Shown in pieces: positions 4,302 to 5,835 of a stretch of DNA of 5,835 nt (the first letter of the stretch is position 1; the number at the start of each line of letters is the position of its first letter). The position numbers and the translations under genes were made by a program. The stretch lies in IMG/VR virus record IMGVR_UViG_2671180758_000004; one strand, written 5' to 3'. The notes below the pieces were generated by a model that worked only from the letters and a program-made list of their open reading frames with translations, was not told the DNA's origin and made no database searches. Source of the DNA: a virus (lineage: Duplodnaviria > Heunggongvirae > Uroviricota > Caudoviricetes).

Positions 4302-5372
4302 ATGGCTAACGCCTGGCTCAGATTATGGCATGACATGCCAAATGACCCTAAGTGGCGAACAATTGCCAGGGTGTCAGGGCAGCCAATTGCAACAGTGATG
4401 GCAGTGTATATCCACCTCCTGGTGAGCGCGTCACGAAATGTCACGCGAGGTCACATTGATGTCACGACAGAAGATTTGGCAAGTGCGCTCGACGTGACAG
4501 AAGAGGTAATTGATTCAATTTTGCAGACGATGCAGGGGCGGGTACTTGATGGTGATTTAATCACTGGATGGGAAAAACGCCAGGTGCTTAAAGAGGACAA
4601 CGGCAATATTTCGCAAACCGCAAAATCTCCTGCAGAGCGCAAGAGGGCGCAGCGAGAGAGGGAAAGAAAGCGGGAACAAAATGGCGATTGTCACGGCGCG
4701 TCACGAAATGTCACGCACATGTCACGACGAGTCACGACAGATAAAGATACAGATAAAGATACAGATCAAGAAGATCAAAACACTATGGTCCATGGCGTAA
4801 AAAACGCCACGAACCAGGCAGGGGATGTTCAGACCGTCAATCCTGGTCAGCCAGCAGGCACGACACCGGAAGCCGATTCAGCGTATGCGCTGAAAGCCGA
4901 TTCGGGCGCTGTGCAGCAGGTGATGACCGCAAGGCCGGAGCAATCACACCAACTGCAGCAGCCCGAAGCCGATTCCGCCATTCAGCGGGAAGCCGATCGG
5001 GTAGTCCCGGAAAACACCGGTCAGTCTGTGGGACGAGTGGATTATCCGGATGTGTTCGAACAGGTCTGGCGGGAGTACCCGTTGCGTGCCGGAGCAAACC
5101 CGAAGAAATCCGCTTTCAGTGCCTGGAAGGCCAGATTACGCGAGGGGGTGCCACCAGAGGCCATGCTGGATGGCGTGAGGCGTTACGCAAGATACTTGGC
5201 GGCTACCGGGAAAGCGGGAACGGAATTTGTTCAGCGAGCGACGACGTTTTTTGGACCGGACCGGAATTTTGAGAACCCCTGGTTTCTCCCGGTAAGCGGC
5301 ACGAACAACCAGCGTTGTGTGAATCATATTACTGAACCGGATAACGAAATTCCGCCGGGCTTCAGGGGGTAA
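4302..5372 (+). CDS. ydaU: YdaU-like phage replication initiator (lambda O-like role), 356 aa, with a low-complexity central linker
   Basis: ATG 4302 with AAGAGG RBS (4291..4296). Two iteron arrays and an AT-rich tract lie inside the coding sequence, as for ori-lambda inside gene O. Central region is charged and repetitive (ERKRAQRERERKRE, DKDTDKDTD, PEADSA repeats). Confidence 0.8.
   Translation: MANAWLRLWHDMPNDPKWRTIARVSGQPIATVMAVYIHLLVSASRNVTRGHIDVTTEDLASALDVTEEVIDSILQTMQGRVLDGDLITGWEKRQVLKEDNGNISQTAKSPAERKRAQRERERKREQNGDCHGASRNVTHMSRRVTTDKDTDKDTDQEDQNTMVHGVKNATNQAGDVQTVNPGQPAGTTPEADSAYALKADSGAVQQVMTARPEQSHQLQQPEADSAIQREADRVVPENTGQSVGRVDYPDVFEQVWREYPLRAGANPKKSAFSAWKARLREGVPPEAMLDGVRRYARYLAATGKAGTEFVQRATTFFGPDRNFENPWFLPVSGTNNQRCVNHITEPDNEIPPGFRG
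4426..4466 (+). repeat. Iteron array 1: four GTCAC(G/A) repeats in helical phase (4430, 4440, 4450, 4461), plus an inverted copy at 4493..4498
   Basis: Direct repeats spaced 10-11 bp. The 21-mer GCGCGTCACGAAATGTCACGC (4426..4446) is repeated exactly at 4696..4716. Confidence 0.8.
4690..4790 (+). other. Putative prophage origin of replication: iteron array 2 (five GTCACG repeats at 4690, 4700, 4710, 4721, 4731) followed by an AT-rich tract with tandem GATAAAGATACA x2 and two GATC sites
   Basis: Perfect 10/10/11/10-bp phasing of five identical hexamers. Adjacent AT-rich tract with GATAAAGATACA at 4740..4751 and 4752..4763 and GATC at 4764..4767 and 4773..4776. Architecture parallels ori-lambda inside the initiator gene. 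Confidence 0.7.
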
Positions 5373-5412
5373 GTGTTAATTTCTGGTCATGAGGTAATTT
5401 TCAGGAGGGCTT

Positions 5413-5835
5413 GTGGCAAAAGTTTTTACACAAGAAGAGCGGGAAAAAATTAAAGGGCTGATCGTGGAATTCGTACGCCTTAACGGACGAGGCACGATTC
5501 GGCAGTTATCGGATGAAATTGGTGTCAGTCATGCGTCTGTCGGTCGTTTATGCATGGAGCTGGCCGCCAGTGGTGATGTTTACAATTCCGGTTACGGAGT
5601 ATTCCCGTCTGAGCAGGCGCGCAAGGACTGGCAAAACGCCCGCAAAAAACTCTCAAGGGCAAAGCTGAAGAAACCATCTGTGGTTGATCCGGACCTTATC
5701 TGGCTATTACCAGACGGCGAAATACGCCGCTACGACAGGCGCCTAAACATAATCTGTCGCGAGTGCCGGAAGAGCGAAGCTATGCAGCGTGTACTGGCAT
5801 TTTATCAAGGAAATGTTAGGTATTTTAGACGTTAC
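5413..5835 (+). CDS. Hypothetical protein with putative winged-helix/HTH segment, 5' portion only (ORF runs off the right edge); occupies the position after the initiator gene
   Basis: Open frame from GTG 5413 to the window end (141 codons, no stop). AGGAGG at 5403..5408, 4 nt upstream. HTH-like segment IRQLSDEIGVSHASVGRLCMELAASGDV. No Walker A motif in the visible part, so not obviously DnaC-like. Confidence 0.55.
   Translation, partial: MAKVFTQEEREKIKGLIVEFVRLNGRGTIRQLSDEIGVSHASVGRLCMELAASGDVYNSGYGVFPSEQARKDWQNARKKLSRAKLKKPSVVDPDLIWLLPDGEIRRYDRRLNIICRECRKSEAMQRVLAFYQGNVRYFRRY

Noticed and set aside
4426-4736. CRISPR array as an explanation for the short regularly spaced repeats
   Set aside because: Repeat units are 6-21 bp with 10-11 bp phasing and no unique spacers of 30-40 bp. 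They lie inside a replication initiator gene, so they are iterons.
3697-5327. Minus-strand and alternative-frame ORFs inside the ydaT-like and ydaU-like genes (3697..3945, 3777..3965, 3932..4114, 4241..4444, 4451..4642, 4837..5097, 5136..5327)
   Set aside because: All are embedded in or antisense to long, coupled, RBS-preceded plus-strand genes. Typical GC-rich frame artefacts.
1-5835. Insertion sequences, integrase/att sites, tRNA or rRNA genes, retron msr/msd
   Set aside because: No transposase-like ORFs or terminal inverted repeats, no tRNA-like cloverleaf candidates, and the structured repeat A is explained as the DicF precursor region.

Overview
This window reads as the immunity / early-left / replication region of an E. 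coli-type lambdoid prophage, a mosaic of a Qin-like dicB operon and a Rac-like repressor-ydaS-ydaT-ydaU module. All calls rest on reading the sequence and on recalled family knowledge; no database search was run. On the minus strand an XRE-type HTH repressor (3055..3474) is followed by a predicted promoter/operator region and then a dicB-type operon that is present as a tandem, partly diverged duplication. The promoter-proximal unit is ydfA-like (2605..2838), a 106-aa unknown gene, a DicF sRNA with its ~320-bp leader (1627..2007), dicB and ydfD. The distal unit is ydfA-like (772..1008), ydfB, ydfC and a second DicF leader plus DicF (1..375) that runs off the window edge. In the proximal unit the ydfB-ydfC slot is replaced by an AT-rich cargo: the 106-aa minus-strand gene and a convergent, 3'-overlapping 91-aa plus-strand gene with a strong RBS and its own intrinsic terminator. 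This cargo is the best candidate for an undescribed small accessory system (a superinfection-exclusion or defence moron at a sieB-like position), but nothing in the sequence establishes its function. On the plus strand, divergent from the repressor, lie a Cro-like HTH gene (ydaS-like), a translationally coupled ydaT-like gene, and a ydaU-like replication initiator carrying two phased GTCACG iteron arrays and an AT-rich GATC-containing tract, which I read as the prophage origin. A truncated HTH-containing ORF follows at the right edge. GTAC-centred operator-like motifs recur in both promoter regions.
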